Below, one piece after another: positions 26,449-39,664 of a DNA stretch of 64,000 bases. The DNA lies in NCBI GenBank assembly GCA_964106915.2, contig OZ066914.1. One strand, 5' to 3'. Positions within the stretch are counted from its first letter, which is position 1. The number at the start of each line of letters is the position of its first letter. Origin of the DNA: Podarcis gaigeae (taxonomy: Eukaryota). Under the pieces are notes generated by a model. The model worked only from the letters and a program-made list of their open reading frames with translations. It searched no databases and was not told the DNA's origin. The position numbers and the translations under genes were made by a program.

Positions 26449-26806
26449 CTGGTTCACACATCTCATTATGGCAAACCATGGCTTAGAACAAAGTTAGGGC
26501 CACTTTGCGCCTTGACAGTTATTCTGTTTCTGCGTTGAGACTAAGTCATGGTCTGACTTTGTGTGTTGGCCAAACTTGAGCTCATGATTTAGCATTCGCA
26601 GAATAACCAAGATCCACAAATGATAGGATAAATATTGTTGGCAGCTTGCAGTTAGCCTGGAGTTAGCTAAACAATGACCTGAGTTTGGACAGTTTAGCAT
26701 AGCAGCAAATCAACCTATGAGGAGCAAAGCAGCCACAATCTCCTGTTTTGGAGCTAATTCATTTGTGCTAAGCCATGGTTTTGCTTAGTGTGATGTGCAA
26801 ACCAAG
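26449..26806. mobile_element. Old MITE with imperfect long inverted ends (Harbinger-like termini)
   Basis: ggttcacacatc...aaaccatggcttag versus ctaagccatggtttt...gatgtgcaaacc. Confidence 0.5.
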
Positions 26807-28455
26807 CCTATATTATTTATGTTAGAGCTTAGCTTTTTCCTGCAATTAACAGTTTTCTCAAATCAGTGAATGACAACTCTTAAGTGTCCACAAGTATACA
26901 TTCTGATATAAATGTAGATCAATATATTGACCGATCACAAACTATTTTTTTTTTTTGCATAAAAAATCCTTTATGGAAATTCATTAACATCATTACAGAT
27001 GTAACTTCACACATTCACATACATACTTACAAAGAAAAGAATATTCTTAAATTATTTTACCATTTAAACTTCTAATTCCACTTAGATTTCAACTAAGCTA
27101 AGATCAAATAATAATACATAAAATAAAGTAAGATATAACAAAGTAAATTAAATTAAATGTAGACTTCCCATCATTTCCCCATATAGTTGTCATTTATGAT
27201 TTTGAATATACTTATAACTATTACCTTACTCTTAATATACTTTCTAATACTTTCTTACAACATATTGTACCGATTTTTCTTTAATAAAGAAATAAAGAGA
27301 CAAACTAATCATATAATTGTAGAATGTAGTCACAGTGGACCATTAGCCCCAAGTAACTAGTAGGTTTATTATAATTATTATTGACAATATGGAGAAAAGA
27401 ACCTGTCATTGTTGATCATAAAGGACAAGTATGCATGTGTGACTCCAAATGGCAACCAAATACTGAAATCCATCCTCCCCTTCTGGTTATAATTTTTCAT
27501 TTATTAAATTGGTTATTCGCCTAATGCTGCAGTCTCTGGCAATGTCCAAAAGAATGTTAAAAAGATCACTTATCATTTCTTCTGTAGAGCAGATACCTTG
27601 TCAATTGAAGTTTAAATATTAATTGTTCATATTCAGCTTTGTCATGACTGAAATTACACAGATTATTCACAAATAAAGTGAAAATAAAAAATACAATTTC
27701 CATCAAACTGTTCAAATATTGGATATTATATAAATTCTTAATTATTTACAGTGATTATGACATCTTTTGGCTAATTCTGGAAATATTAATATTACATTAT
27801 TGATTTTAAGTATTGCTCCAGATGGAAATAGACCTGCACCTCTTTCCAACTTCTAGTTACTTAAGTGTTATTTTACTAATCATTAATTTATAAATATTAT
27901 GGCTTGAGTGTTATGGAAGAAAGCAAGGCATTCAATTAGTAGTTTTTAAGTGCTTGTATGGTGCATGGTGAAGTGGGAAAGGTAACCTCTGCCATAACTG
28001 ATAAGAATTAGAGCTACAGCTTAAATAACCCATTTATTATCTTGGGTGAAGTGGGACATTGGAAGCTACTTATACCAAGCTGTACAATTTGTCCATTGAA
28101 TTCAGTATTATCAAAAGTGATTGGCAGGGGCTTGTCAAATGAAACTTTTGCCTGCAGAATATGTGATTTACCACTGAACTCTAGCTTTCCCCCTAAGTGA
28201 CATTGCCCTGATATTTCTCCAATAATAAGCCAAGTCACTCTCTGCACCGTTTTTCACCATAGCTGATAGTGATGGTTGTCCTCCATAGGTTGTGGTAGAG
28301 CACAATTCACATGCTTGAACAGTTGGGGAAAATATCTGCCTACGTGAGACTTTCTGAGAGCTCCTGCCAAGAGCAAACAGTACTGGACTTGCTGGTCTGA
28401 CTCATTATAAGATTGCTTTATAAGTTTACTTTCTCTCCTTCTTTATTATATACAG

Positions 28456-28619
28456 CTGTGGTAAAAAACCCACCCAACAACCTATGGATCATTGCTGCAG
28501 TGTTGGCTCCCATTGCTGTGGTTACAGTCATCATCATAATTATCACGGCAGTTCTGTGCAGGAAGAACAAAAATGACTTCAAGGGAGACACCATGATGAA
28601 CCTACCACAGAGAGCCAAA
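28456..28619 (+). CDS. KIAA1549: KIAA1549 transmembrane exon (164 nt) PVVKNPPNNLWIIAAVLAPIAVVTVIIIIITAVLCRKNKND...QRAK
   Basis: tatacag| acceptor, AAA|gtaagt donor, phase 1-0. Hydrophobic helix followed by basic stop-transfer RKNK. Confidence 0.96.
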
Positions 28620-29361
28620 GTAAGTAATTTTCATCCCAGGCTCAGGAATGGGAATTTCTTCTTCAGTGTTACATTCTTCATCATTCTGTACTTGAAGAAC
28701 AAGATTGTGCTCTCTTTGGACAGATTTTACTAAACCAGTAAGACAATAAATACTCTGTGCTCAGAGACAGAATGAAGCCGTTCCCATTTATAGGCTTCCA
28801 CCCAAGTGCAAGGCAATCTTTATAGTGTAAGTCCCTGTGAAACGGATGAAGTACTAGCTGCTTAATGTGTCTTCAGAATAACCTTTAAAAAAACCCTCTT
28901 TTTTCAACCATACAGGTTGAGCAGGCATTATTGGGAGGAGGGTTAGAAGGAAGTACAGAATAGAATACTTGATTCATAGCAGTATGCTTATTGATAACTG
29001 CTGCTATTCAGTTCTTTTTGCCAGGGAGTCTAAAAAGGCCATTATCAGGTGTTTGAAACACTCTATTAACTTACTAGTGCCTCATGACCATAGTAGAACA
29101 GCATGGTTGAAACGAGATAATAGATATTCACCCGTTGTGCCTGCATGCCAAAGAAAGAAAGAAACAATCTAGCTCTACCAGGTCAAAGTGGGGAATAAAA
29201 TATCCTGATCAATATCAATCACTACTTCTATGTTTTGTAGAAGTTTTTATTCTAGATACTAGGTACTAGTCATATCTAAAAGGAAAAGCAAGACATCATT
29301 TAAGAAAAATTTAGAAACCTTATTAAAATTTTATGAAATAAAAAAATAAAAATAAACAGTA

Positions 29362-29599
29362 CAGTCGACTCTTATCTTACGTGATGGTTACGTTTCAAGG
29401 ATAGTGCATAAAGCCAAAATGGTGCATAGTCAAAACACACTCTCCCTGCACTTTTGAATGCATGCTCAAGGTGAATGCAATGGCAGGTGGAATTGCTGAT
29501 ATCCCTCACTGGATGCCTGCTCCCCTTTTTATTTTTTTCAGCCAAGTGCATAAAGCTGAATTCACACAAGCTAAAGGAGGCTAAATTGCGGGTGGACTG
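29362..29599. mobile_element. Tc1/mariner (Tigger-like) MITE
   Basis: ta|cagtcgactc ... gggtggactg|ta termini with TA TSD. Confidence 0.6.
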
Positions 29600-32500
29600 T
29601 ATACATTAATAGATTGTCTCTTTTCTGATTTTGATAATAATATCATATCACTTTTATATAGTTTAAATGCAGAAATAGCAAAAATGGATAGCCCACCCAG
29701 GTGTCACAATTTATTTATTTTTCTTTTGAAGAGGCCAGAAATATGATTGGAGTCAAAAATCTGAACAGATTCACAAGTAGGATAGTGAAGCAAACAACAG
29801 GGAAATCCTCAATATTTTTTTACCTCCATTTGGCTGAACTGAAACTGGAGGTTGAAAGTTCATAGGAAGCAGCAAGTTTCTGCCTCAAGTGGTGCTACCT
29901 CACCTGAGTCTGAAAATAAATTGCAGTTGTTGTGTTCTAGGAAAGCTTATTGTTTCCTGGATGGTTCTTGGGGGCTTGTCATTGAGAAGATCCTTGATGA
30001 CAGATAAGCTTTCATGAAACACCTGCCTATGGTTTGTTTGTTTGTTTGCTTGCTTGTTTACTTATTTATTTGAATGTATCTATTTATTGAATTTCCAAAT
30101 TGTCCAATGACAGAAATTCTCTGGGTAGTTCTCAGTACCTATAAAAATAGAAAATAATGCATACTTATGAAATGTGAACGGTACAATGTAAAGCCGGAAT
30201 CAAAATACAATGATAGATGAAACAGCAGTGCAAAAGGTATAAACCCTACACATGCACATGCACACACACACACAAATCTACGGAACGCTGAAGCACTTTC
30301 CTAAAAGGCCTGGCAACACAACAGAAAAACTACAGTGTTGGCACCAAGTGAGCCTCTCTAAGGAGAGCATTCCACATTCAGTATTGGAATGTGTTTGAGT
30401 TTACTTGGTGAAGTTGAAGATGTCTTGCCAGCAACAAGAAGTGCTCGTATGGCCTTGAATGTTATCTGGAGTCTTCAGACTCAGCTTTGGGAACCTTCTT
30501 TTCTCCTCTCTCAGCACCATGGTCCCCCTCCAAACAATCGCTTCTTCCCTGCGGCTAAAGTTTACACTTGAAAAACAGCAGATGATCCTCTGGGTACATA
30601 TCCTGGCTTACATCTTGTTTGCTCTTTACTTCATTACTCTGGCCAGCATCTGTACAGTTCGGAATTCTGTGGGTTAGTTAAGGCTCTTGCCATGAATATA
30701 AAATTTGGATAGTATAATTAAATGAACATTTGTGCACAGGGATAAGAGGATAAAGGTCCTTCCTGTTTTTGATTTATGTGCTCTTCTGTTAAATGTTTGA
30801 TTAATGAAATTAGAAGAACATTTTGTTTTCATTTTAGCCTGCCTGGAGTTTTGGTCTGTCAGGCATAACAGTAATTGTAATTGCTAGCAAATTATTAAGC
30901 GTAAAATCTTGGCAATGCAAATAGTTGCCAGTAATATGTGCTTAGTGTATTTAAATAGACTGTGTGTTGTTTCTCTAGTTGCAAAAATGCCTGAAACTAC
31001 TTGAGCACTGCAAACCTTCTGGATGAAAAATCTGTCCTGTGAATATGGCTGAAGTGGTTTGTTTATTAAAATTATGCTTATGAAATGACATTATAATCTG
31101 TGTATATTTAAAATCTATTGATTAGGACTGCTGCTGCTGAGGGTAATTTGTGAGCCTTTGCTCTGCAAAATATAACGTTTCAAGCCTTCTGAAAAGGAAC
31201 CTTCTTGGCTTGCTGCTTTTATTCTTGTGGAGTGTTTCTATTTTATTTGCTCTGCTCTGCTTGCTTTGATTTCACATATCAAGGCGGAACAAGGAGAGTG
31301 GAACTGCATAATCAGTGCTGCAGTCCTGCTGCTGCTAAGAGACTCCTATGCACTGCAGCTCTTTGCACAGAAGGGCTGCCTGCTGGACCACCTTTTAGAA
31401 CTCTCCCTTTGTGAATGGAACTAAGCGAATTATTGAAAGGATAGAGGGGTAATGAATCCTTTGGCATTCAATGTTACAATATGCAGCAGGTGAGGGAAGA
31501 GATTTGGTGTGCCACCCAGGCCGTCCTGTTAAGGACAGCTCTTTAAAGGAAGCTGGGCAAATTGAATGTACTCGGAAAAGATCAAGTTTATGATCTTGAG
31601 AGTTCTTAAATCCTTTTGTCATCCTTGATTGCTTTAACAATAAGGATGGTCTGTACTACACTAGATTTGTGTCAACTGAGTTCAACCAAAAAGAAAAGTG
31701 GGGGAAGTGAGGTTTTTGGCACAAGAAGTGAATGAATGCACATAAGCATGCTCTCCAAAATAAGGGCATCTGTTCTTGTTAAACTTATGAGGGTTTTTTG
31801 CCTGATAGAAACTGAAATACATTGCAAGGGTTGACTATTGAATGTGTTGGATTTCAGCTACATTATTTTATGTTTTGATGTGGAGACTATCTGTGTTAAA
31901 TCTCTGTTCATTTTAATTCATGGCATGATTTTAGAGACAGTGATTTTATATCTGAAGGGCAAGGAAAGTCAGGTGTATGTACCCTGTACCCTGTGCTTTT
32001 ATGACAGATAATGTGTGCCTGTTGGCTTAAATGTTGCTGTTAATGTAATTAAATGAGCACATTTCTGTAGAGTTCCATTGCAAGGGCATTTACATACTTT
32101 TATGTTCACAGAACTGTTCATCTGACAGTATTCAGTCAGCTTCAGTTCACTATTGTGACACGAAATTTCGAACTGGTGGGCATATTACAATGCTGAAATG
32201 ATTTTTGTGGTTTATTTCTGGAGTTCACACATTTCCTCCCCATTACTGTATTCCTGCGTAGTTGTTGCCAGAATGGAATAAACAGTTTTGCCAAGTAAAC
32301 CATGGAAGTAGATTGAAACTCCAGCCTAATTAGGTCTCTAATGTGAAGTCCTTTATTATTCAGGAGCTTCTTAGTGTCAGAAGCTTGCCCCCTTACTTTT
32401 ATGTCAGATTATTATACTATTATTATTTTAAAAAATAATAATCCCCACAGTCCAGAATATAGTGTGAAAGTATATGATATGGAGGATGCATAGTGGCACT

Positions 32501-33679
32501 GAAAGCAGCTACCCTGTGAGGATCTCCTCTCCTGGCAAATCTCAATATGCAACGTGATGTCTAGTGTTGAGATATCTACACCCTGCAAACAGGAGTCTGT
32601 GAGCTAGAATTGAAGACATTCTCAACACAATTATGTCACTGTGGGAGGGGGCAGTCTACTTTTAACATTATTGCTGACACCTGTCAGTCTTGAGGAGTGC
32701 GCCTCTGTGGGTAAAGCCAAACCGTTGGAGGGTTACAGCGCCTGCTGTGGCTGTAGAGACCAATACTGGAGAGACATGTTTCACTGCAGAAATTAGAGAG
32801 GCTAAAAAATAAGGATAAAGGGTTTCGTTGCACAGTTGGCAACACATTGATTGCTTTCTGACAGTTGAATTTAATAACCTTTAATTTGTATAAACAATGT
32901 TCTGTGCATTAAAAATTGAAAGAAGGTGAGAAACCTCCCCCTGTAGTTATTTTTCAGTGTCTTACTTCATTTTGAAAAAGAAAAACCTATCTCTCTCTCC
33001 CCCCCCCCCCACCGGGATAATTTTGGCATGCCATTGAATGTGTCTCCTGAATGCCCATGCTGCAACCAGGGTCTTTTGTTTTTTGTTTTTATAGAATATT
33101 CAGGTTCATTGGAAACCTGTGATTTGTGATAGGAATGAAAAAACACTTGACAGGTTTGACTCTAAAATAGCTCTGCTTATTGATTGTTTCAGTCAAAATG
33201 TCACAACGGATTCATCAAGTGTTGTCCTCATTGCCCTCTACGTGTTTTAACAATTTCCCCTAAGATGGAACTGGAGCTTTTCCTTCAAATGGCTCTGACA
33301 ACAGAAGTGTCACTGGAATGTTCTTCTAGCTCGGTTTATGTGAAACATTGTAATAGGGTTTCACATTGGTGATGGAGGACAGTCCAAAATTGGAAATAAG
33401 ATTTGAATATCTAATGTCATAGGTCCGCCTCCTGAAGCCATTTCAGATGGGACTGAAACCCTCCTTATTCTGGACCAATCTGAAATTAATCCATTTTATG
33501 TCTCTACTACGAGCCATCTATGCTGCCCTCTATCCCTAGCAGAAAGGCAGAAGGGCAGACCCATGGCAACCATAAGGCCTCAGGCTAAGTATCTATACTC
33601 TCTTCTTCCAGTATTTATGGCTGCTGTGATTCATTCATTTCAGAGTATATTGAAGTGACCCCACTCAGTCAGAATTCAA

Positions 33680-33680
<1 letters not shown>

Positions 33681-33710
<30 letters not shown>

Positions 33711-33726
33711 TGTATGTATGTATGTA
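33681..33726. repeat. (TATG)n microsatellite
   Basis: Direct reading. Confidence 0.95.
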
Positions 33727-34245
33727 TAAAATACAACATATGTAAGTTTAGAGGTGGTATACCTGTGAAATGTTGTATGCATCAGTTGAATGTAATTGAT
33801 CGTCACAAGTTACAAAAGTGGAGCTAATGTGGTGCTCTGCATAGTAGACAATTTCAGCCCATCTGTAAAGTTTAAAAATGGATATGTTCCAGCAAGTTGC
33901 TAATACAAAAGGCCTGAAACATGACTTTATTGTTTTGGCATGCCATTTAATTTCACATTTGTTCCTTTATATTTTGGAGTAACACAAGGGTACAGCTTAA
34001 TATTTCAAAACCATTTTGTTCTGGGTGATATAAGCAACAGTGTTTGAAGAAGACACTGATTTCATCAAGGTCAGAGTATCTCCCGCTGCATTTCCATCTT
34101 ATATCTTTGGGGGATTGCTGTGTCTGTCTAAGAAACATTGGACTTTTTTTATGTAGAAAAAAATCTCCTGTTGACCTGCTATGACTTGTGAAGCAGACAA
34201 TAAGCTGGTATATTTTCTGTTTCCTTCTTCTTTCCCATATTCTGA

Positions 34246-34251
<6 letters not shown>

Positions 34252-34287
<36 letters not shown>

Positions 34288-34306
34288 CTCTCTCTCTCTC
34301 TCTCTC
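34252..34306. repeat. (TC)n microsatellite
   Basis: Direct reading. Confidence 0.95.
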
Positions 34307-34898
34307 ATGGATTTGATTCCAATAAATCATTTGTCTGCTTAAAAATAGGGCCATTCTGAACATTGTTTCCCTGTGGTTTGAAGCCCCTTTTTTTTTACTC
34401 TAAGCTGCCTCAAATTCTTGGTGCAATGTTCTTCCTCCATTGACCTCACAGCTTAATTGGCCTACAGTGCTATTTAATTCTGTTGGCTGTTGCAGCCACC
34501 TTATCATCCATGATTATCCATGTCATGGATGCCTGTAAACAAAACTACATGGGTCACCAGAGCCAAAGAAGAAAGAAGGAAATGCCACCAAGAAGAATAG
34601 TATTGGGATGAGACACATGGGTTTCCAACAAGTGCCAAAACATGTATGATGCTTTCAGTCACAAAAAGGAGTTCTAAATAAGGCATGCAATTTAGACTCA
34701 ACAGTAAAATACTTAAAAACGAATGCAGCTACTTTCCCATTAATTCTGTTTCCACAAAAGCATTGATAAATATGAGTAGTTTTCCCTTCACTCTTAGGTA
34801 CACACAATGTGCATCTCTGGCTAAATCTTGAATTGTACAATTAAAAATGTATTAAATGTATATCTGATTCAGAACTCCTTTGTTTTCCATATCTGCAG

Positions 34899-35089
34899 CC
34901 AGTCCAAGGATTTGACTATGCCAAGCAACATTTGGGCCAACAGGGAGCTGAAGATGAGGTTTTGCCTGTAACCCAAGAGACTGTAGTATTGCCACTTCCA
35001 GTGAGAGATGCTCCTGCCTCTCAGGAGAGGGAAATTATTCAGGATGGAAGCACTGCTAAAATTGCAAAGTCCAATGACACAAGAAAGAG
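34899..35089 (+). CDS. KIAA1549: KIAA1549 exon (191 nt) PVQGFDYAKQHLGQQGAEDEV...NDTRK
   Basis: atctgcag| acceptor, AG|gtaagt donor, phase 0-2. Translated manually (absent from the ORF track). Confidence 0.94.
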
Positions 35090-35158
35090 GTAAGTAGGAA
35101 CACCCTGGTCAGTCTTAATTCTAAACTACTGTGGAATTTACAACCATTAATGGTCTTT

Positions 35159-35161
<3 letters not shown>

Positions 35162-35203
<42 letters not shown>

Positions 35204-35212
35204 AGAGAGAGA
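35162..35212. repeat. (GT)n(AG)n compound microsatellite
   Basis: Direct reading. Confidence 0.95.
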
Positions 35213-36440
35213 TATTGGAGCCAGAGTGATGGACTGCTATATTGATTAGCTAGGTTTCCTACAGAAAATATTACTATTATAATATATTTTTGCAAGTTCT
35301 TCTTGTTCGAGGGATATTGGTTAACAAAAAGTGACTTTCTACATTTTGTTAGGTGGCCTTCCATTTTATATAACCACTTACCTGTCTTGCTTTGTCCGCA
35401 ATTGTTTGTTTGCTTAGTTCAAATGATAAACGGAAACTTAAGTCAAATAAGATGGATGTGGTTCATTAGCCCAGGGACATGGAATTGCTCTATCCTCTAA
35501 TGGAGCAGCTTCACAGGTTGGGATTCGACTAGTGAGTCCTGTCAGCGAAAGCCCTGTACAGGGACTTCTGCTTGCACAATGCGACATTCTTCCTCTCCTC
35601 CCCTGGTGCCTCCTGAGAGTGGCTCTGGGGGGAGGGGACAGAAGAAACCCTGGAGCAGTGCACCGTTGTGGGCAAGGGGGGGGAATAACCTTACTTTTAA
35701 GCCAAAATACTTGCCCTGAAGGAACAATCGCCTAGGCGTGACATTGAATTCCTCCCACAGTTTGTGAGTTCTCCTAGATCCACCTTTATCATTGGAGACA
35801 TTCTTTGGATTTTCCTCCTCAGATGCCAGACTTCTCTTCAGTCACCTCAGGCTTCTCTGCAGTGTCAGAAAGATGAATATTTGGAGATAACATAGTTTCC
35901 GCAATAGAGATGTAAGAGATTTGATTTGTTTTTATTTTATCATGGCAATTTACAAGAGTAATGCAACCAAAATTATAGGTCCATTTCCTGAGGATCTTGC
36001 GAACTCAGTTTCAGCATCTCAAGGGAAGGAGGTGCAAGTGTAACATACAGAGAATGTGCAGAAGTGTTATTAATTTACTTACCGCTTTATGCCCAGATAG
36101 TTTCTCTACTCAAACTTCAGATTTATTTCAGTAAGGTTGAGGACTTAAAGTGGGTGGGGGGAAGACTGCAGAAAATATAGACTTAAAAGCATCTTAAGAA
36201 ACAGTTTTGCTAAGCTAAATGGAGCCCCTCTGAAGAACCTGCTTATTGAACATTTATCCTGATTTGCTTGCACAAAGCTTACACAGAGGTTAGATTATAT
36301 CCACTCTTTATTACACATTCATTCTGCATTTTTTGAGGGGCAGTTACACTACAGTGAGCATTCATCTTGATTTGTTTGTGTGGTGTTTACATTTCCTCCC
36401 GATAGCCATTAATCCACACCTTTTCAATGCATTTACCTGT

Positions 36441-36753
36441 TACAGATAGGTAGCCGTGTTGGTCTGCCATAGTCAAAACAAAATTTTTTTTCCTTCCAGT
36501 AGCACCTTAAAGACCAACTAAGTTAGTTCTTGGTATGAGCTTTTCGTGTGCATGCTTCAGATACACTGAAACAGAAGTTGATCTGCCAATCACCCATTCC
36601 CACCACCCTTCTGAGTAATACCCCTCCCCACCTTCTCACTATATAGAAGGGTCTGGTAACTTCTGTTTCAGTGTATCTGAAGAAGTGTGCATGCACACGA
36701 AAGCTCATACCAAGAACTAACTTAGTTGGTCTTTAAGGTGCTACTGGAAGGAA
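36441..36753. mobile_element. Penelope-like element pLTR fold-back insertion, family B
   Basis: 15-bp TSD aatgcatttacctgt (36426-36440 and 36754-36768). Inverted arms at about 36491-36579 and 36658-36753. Hammerhead core present. Confidence 0.85.
36673..36710 (+). ncRNA. Minimal type I hammerhead ribozyme motif (family B)
   Basis: GUAU-CUGAAGA-A-GUGUG-caug-CACAC-GAAAGCUC-AUAC: stem I GUAU/AUAC, 5-bp stem II, palindromic AGCU stem III. Confidence 0.75.
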
Positions 36754-37701
36754 AATGCATTTACCTGTCACTGAAACAGACAGGTTTTTTTTAATTAGTG
36801 AAGTAGTTGTGCTGGGGAAACAGAGCACTTTAATCCTCCTTAAATGTGCAGACCTAAAGTTCTGGTATGCGGCTGAATCAGTCCCATGATGCCTTGGAGG
36901 TGCTGCAGATAATTACTGCATCAGTTCTAACCACAGACTTGAGGCTACCTAACAGCTGTAGAAATTGTTTACTTTCTGTCAGACCAAAGATTCTTTAATT
37001 ATAAAGATAAACTTGTCTTATATTTATTGAAAATGCCCTTGTCTTATGCTCTGACAGTGATTGCTCCTTGACTTGACAGTAGATTACCAGAACTCGTTAC
37101 AATAAAGGAGTCGTTGATTTGCTTCCTTCTTTCTGATATCAATACTACTAAGGGAAGCTATCTCATATTACAAAATGCATTTGTAATAGTACTACCAAGT
37201 TTCCCTTTAAAAATAGCATCCTTATAATTTATCACCTAAGCCTTTTGCTAAAACACTTAGAACTGCATCTCACATCACACTTAAATGACATAGATATGGT
37301 AACTTGAAGCTCTCCCTAACAGCCTTACAAAACTTGAAGAGTCTAATTTTCTACAAGACTAGGAAGGGGAGAGACACATCAGCTGTGACTTATTGCCCCC
37401 CTCCTTTTCTTTTGTGTTTATTGTTTACTTTGCTGCTTCTGTGGACAAGGAAGGGGGAAGGGTTTTTTGTTTTTGTTTTTTGCTGTGGATGCTTGTGGGT
37501 TAGATTAGAAGGGGTTGGTTGCTATATTCTCTTGTTAGCTTTATTGTTCAAAAATATGTGTGCATAAAACTAACCCATACAGTATATGCATACAAGTCTT
37601 TAGCTGCATTGCAGGGGGTGAACTAGATGACCCTTGGGATCCCTTCCAACTCTACAGCGCTTTGATTCTGTGTGTGAAAGTGTGCAAAATTGTATTGAGA
37701 A

Positions 37702-38053
37702 TATGCATTCACAATTGAATATCTCTTCTTTTTAAATGTCCAGGGATACAAGACAATCTTGCAGAGGCTAAAAAGGGTCTTTTCCTCCTCATACAGAGCC
37801 TATAAAACAATTTTTATTGCAAAGCAATTTCTTTTACTATGCAGTTATAAACACAGCTGCATACAGACTCCATACATGACGAACAGAATGAGAGTGCAGC
37901 CATATTTCTGAAAGAGTGCAAGGAGAAAGAGTTGTGCAGTCAGAATGCTTTAACGGCCTCTGTATAGAGGGGAAAGTGACTTTTTGTCTTTTGCAATATT
38001 TCCCTTTATCTCGGTGAGTTTACAAAGGAGATGCATTCAATTGTGAATGCATA
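37702..38053. mobile_element. Fold-back MITE-like element
   Basis: Perfect 19-bp terminal inverted repeat tatgcattcacaattgaat, plus imperfect internal inverted segments. Confidence 0.65.
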
Positions 38054-38267
38054 GAAATCTTTCTAAATTCTGAGCTGTTATGAAAATGTACTGTGGATGC
38101 CTCCTTGATTTTATTGTGTTTCTTTATTGCAACATTTTTATCTTTCTTTTTGTATAAGAATCAGGCTTAAGAAGTCAGCGATGCAAACCAAGCTAATGCA
38201 ATAACCTTGAAATGAGAAATATGCAGGAGAAACTTACAATCTTCCTTGTTGCTATGGTTACTTGCAG

Positions 38268-38395
38268 CAGGTCGCCTAGTGAGAACGGTTCTGTCATCAG
38301 CAACGAATCAGGAAAGCCCAAGTCAGGCAGAAGCTCTCCACAGAAAGTAATGGCACAGCAGAAAGTGACAAAAGAGGAGGGAAGAAAGAGAAATG
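38268..38395 (+). CDS. KIAA1549: KIAA1549 exon (128 nt) SRSPSENGSVISNESGKPKSGRSSPQKVMAQQKVTKEEGRKRN
   Basis: Tandem CAGCAG acceptor (start 38268 or 38271), ATG|gtgaga donor, phase 2-1. Confidence 0.93.
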
Positions 38396-39640
38396 GTGAG
38401 AAATGTTTCCTGATGAGAGATCTACTGTATAACTGCCATTTCTCCCATGGAGATATGCTGCCACAGAATATGCAGTATTGCAAGCCACTCTTTTTTTAAT
38501 GCCCTGCAAATAACAACCCTCCATGCATCTATTCTTCTCTCTAGCTGTGTTTCCTCTCTTTGTTTATACACATTTCTCTGCTCTATAAAGCTATCCATTC
38601 ATCACTAAGCTCAATATTTGTTCAGACTCTTGAATCGTTGCAATCATTGGCTTGTTTTCATAGTACATTAAGAAAATGGGGTACAGTGGTTTGTATTCAT
38701 GTACCTGGATTTGTATCCATAGCAAATAGCCCTTTTTTGTTTTCAGTGTGGCTTTCAATTCCCCCAGATCTGATAGGATGCCTTAATTAGGCATAACTGG
38801 ATGTTAAGTTGTGGTGGTCCACAGTGCTGATGATTCTTTGTTCTTTAGGCACCCTCCTTTTTCTCTGTCTTTGCTAAGGTCCTAAGCTAAAGAGCACCCC
38901 CTAAGAGTCTCATTTTTCATATTGAAGCTGTAGGCTTTGTGATTAATAGTGTACCAGCTATAGTTAATGAGAACTGGATATTAATTCCCAGCATTTTGTT
39001 ATTCATTTTTTGCTTGCTTACTGCTCTTCCTGAGTTTTGAATGTTGTATACTGTATTGTAAACTAATGTGTGAAATCAGTCATTTTAAAAAATTTCTTGC
39101 TATCTGGTTATCAGTGAATGGCTTGATCTTAAACTTGCAGCTCCATCTTAAAAAAATATATGTGGAACGTACTATATTTTGCACTAATGTAGACTTACAA
39201 AGCTTGCATTGCAAACAGCATTAAATATGGTTTTAAAGATACTTAACTGATTGCAGATGTTTAGGATCAATGTTTGTCCTCCATCTTCAAAGCACTTAAT
39301 CTGGAAAAGATCCATTGAACTATGTAGTAGTCCCCCGAGTAAACTGTCCCCTGAGAACACTGTAAAATATGAATCCTGCAGTGGGTATAGATTCCTGCAT
39401 TTATAGCAATTATGAAATCTTCTGCTTGCAAGACTGATATCAAAATCCACATGAATCACAATGGAACTAGCAAATGGTAGCAATTGGAAAGAAAACGGCA
39501 TGCTGTTTCCCCTAGATTATATTTTAAAAAATCCTTTCTAAAAGTATTGAAGAAACACCATTTATTGTCCACTTGTCTGTATTAAATATGTTAGTGAGGA
39601 TGTTATTTTCTGTTTTGTTTCTTTTTTCTTTGACATTTAG

Positions 39641-39664
39641 GTTTTAAATCCTCAAAGAAAATTG
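39641..39664 (+). CDS. KIAA1549: Candidate 24-nt alternative microexon of KIAA1549 (GFKSSKKI)
   Basis: Long pyrimidine tract plus tttag| acceptor, TTG|gtaaga donor. Length is a multiple of 3 and stop-free in the phase-1 intron. Confidence 0.55.

Noticed and set aside
26946-27320. AT-rich stretch resembling an L1 3'UTR (minus strand)
   Set aside because: Similarity is only compositional, plus a short agacttccc motif. Too weak to call.
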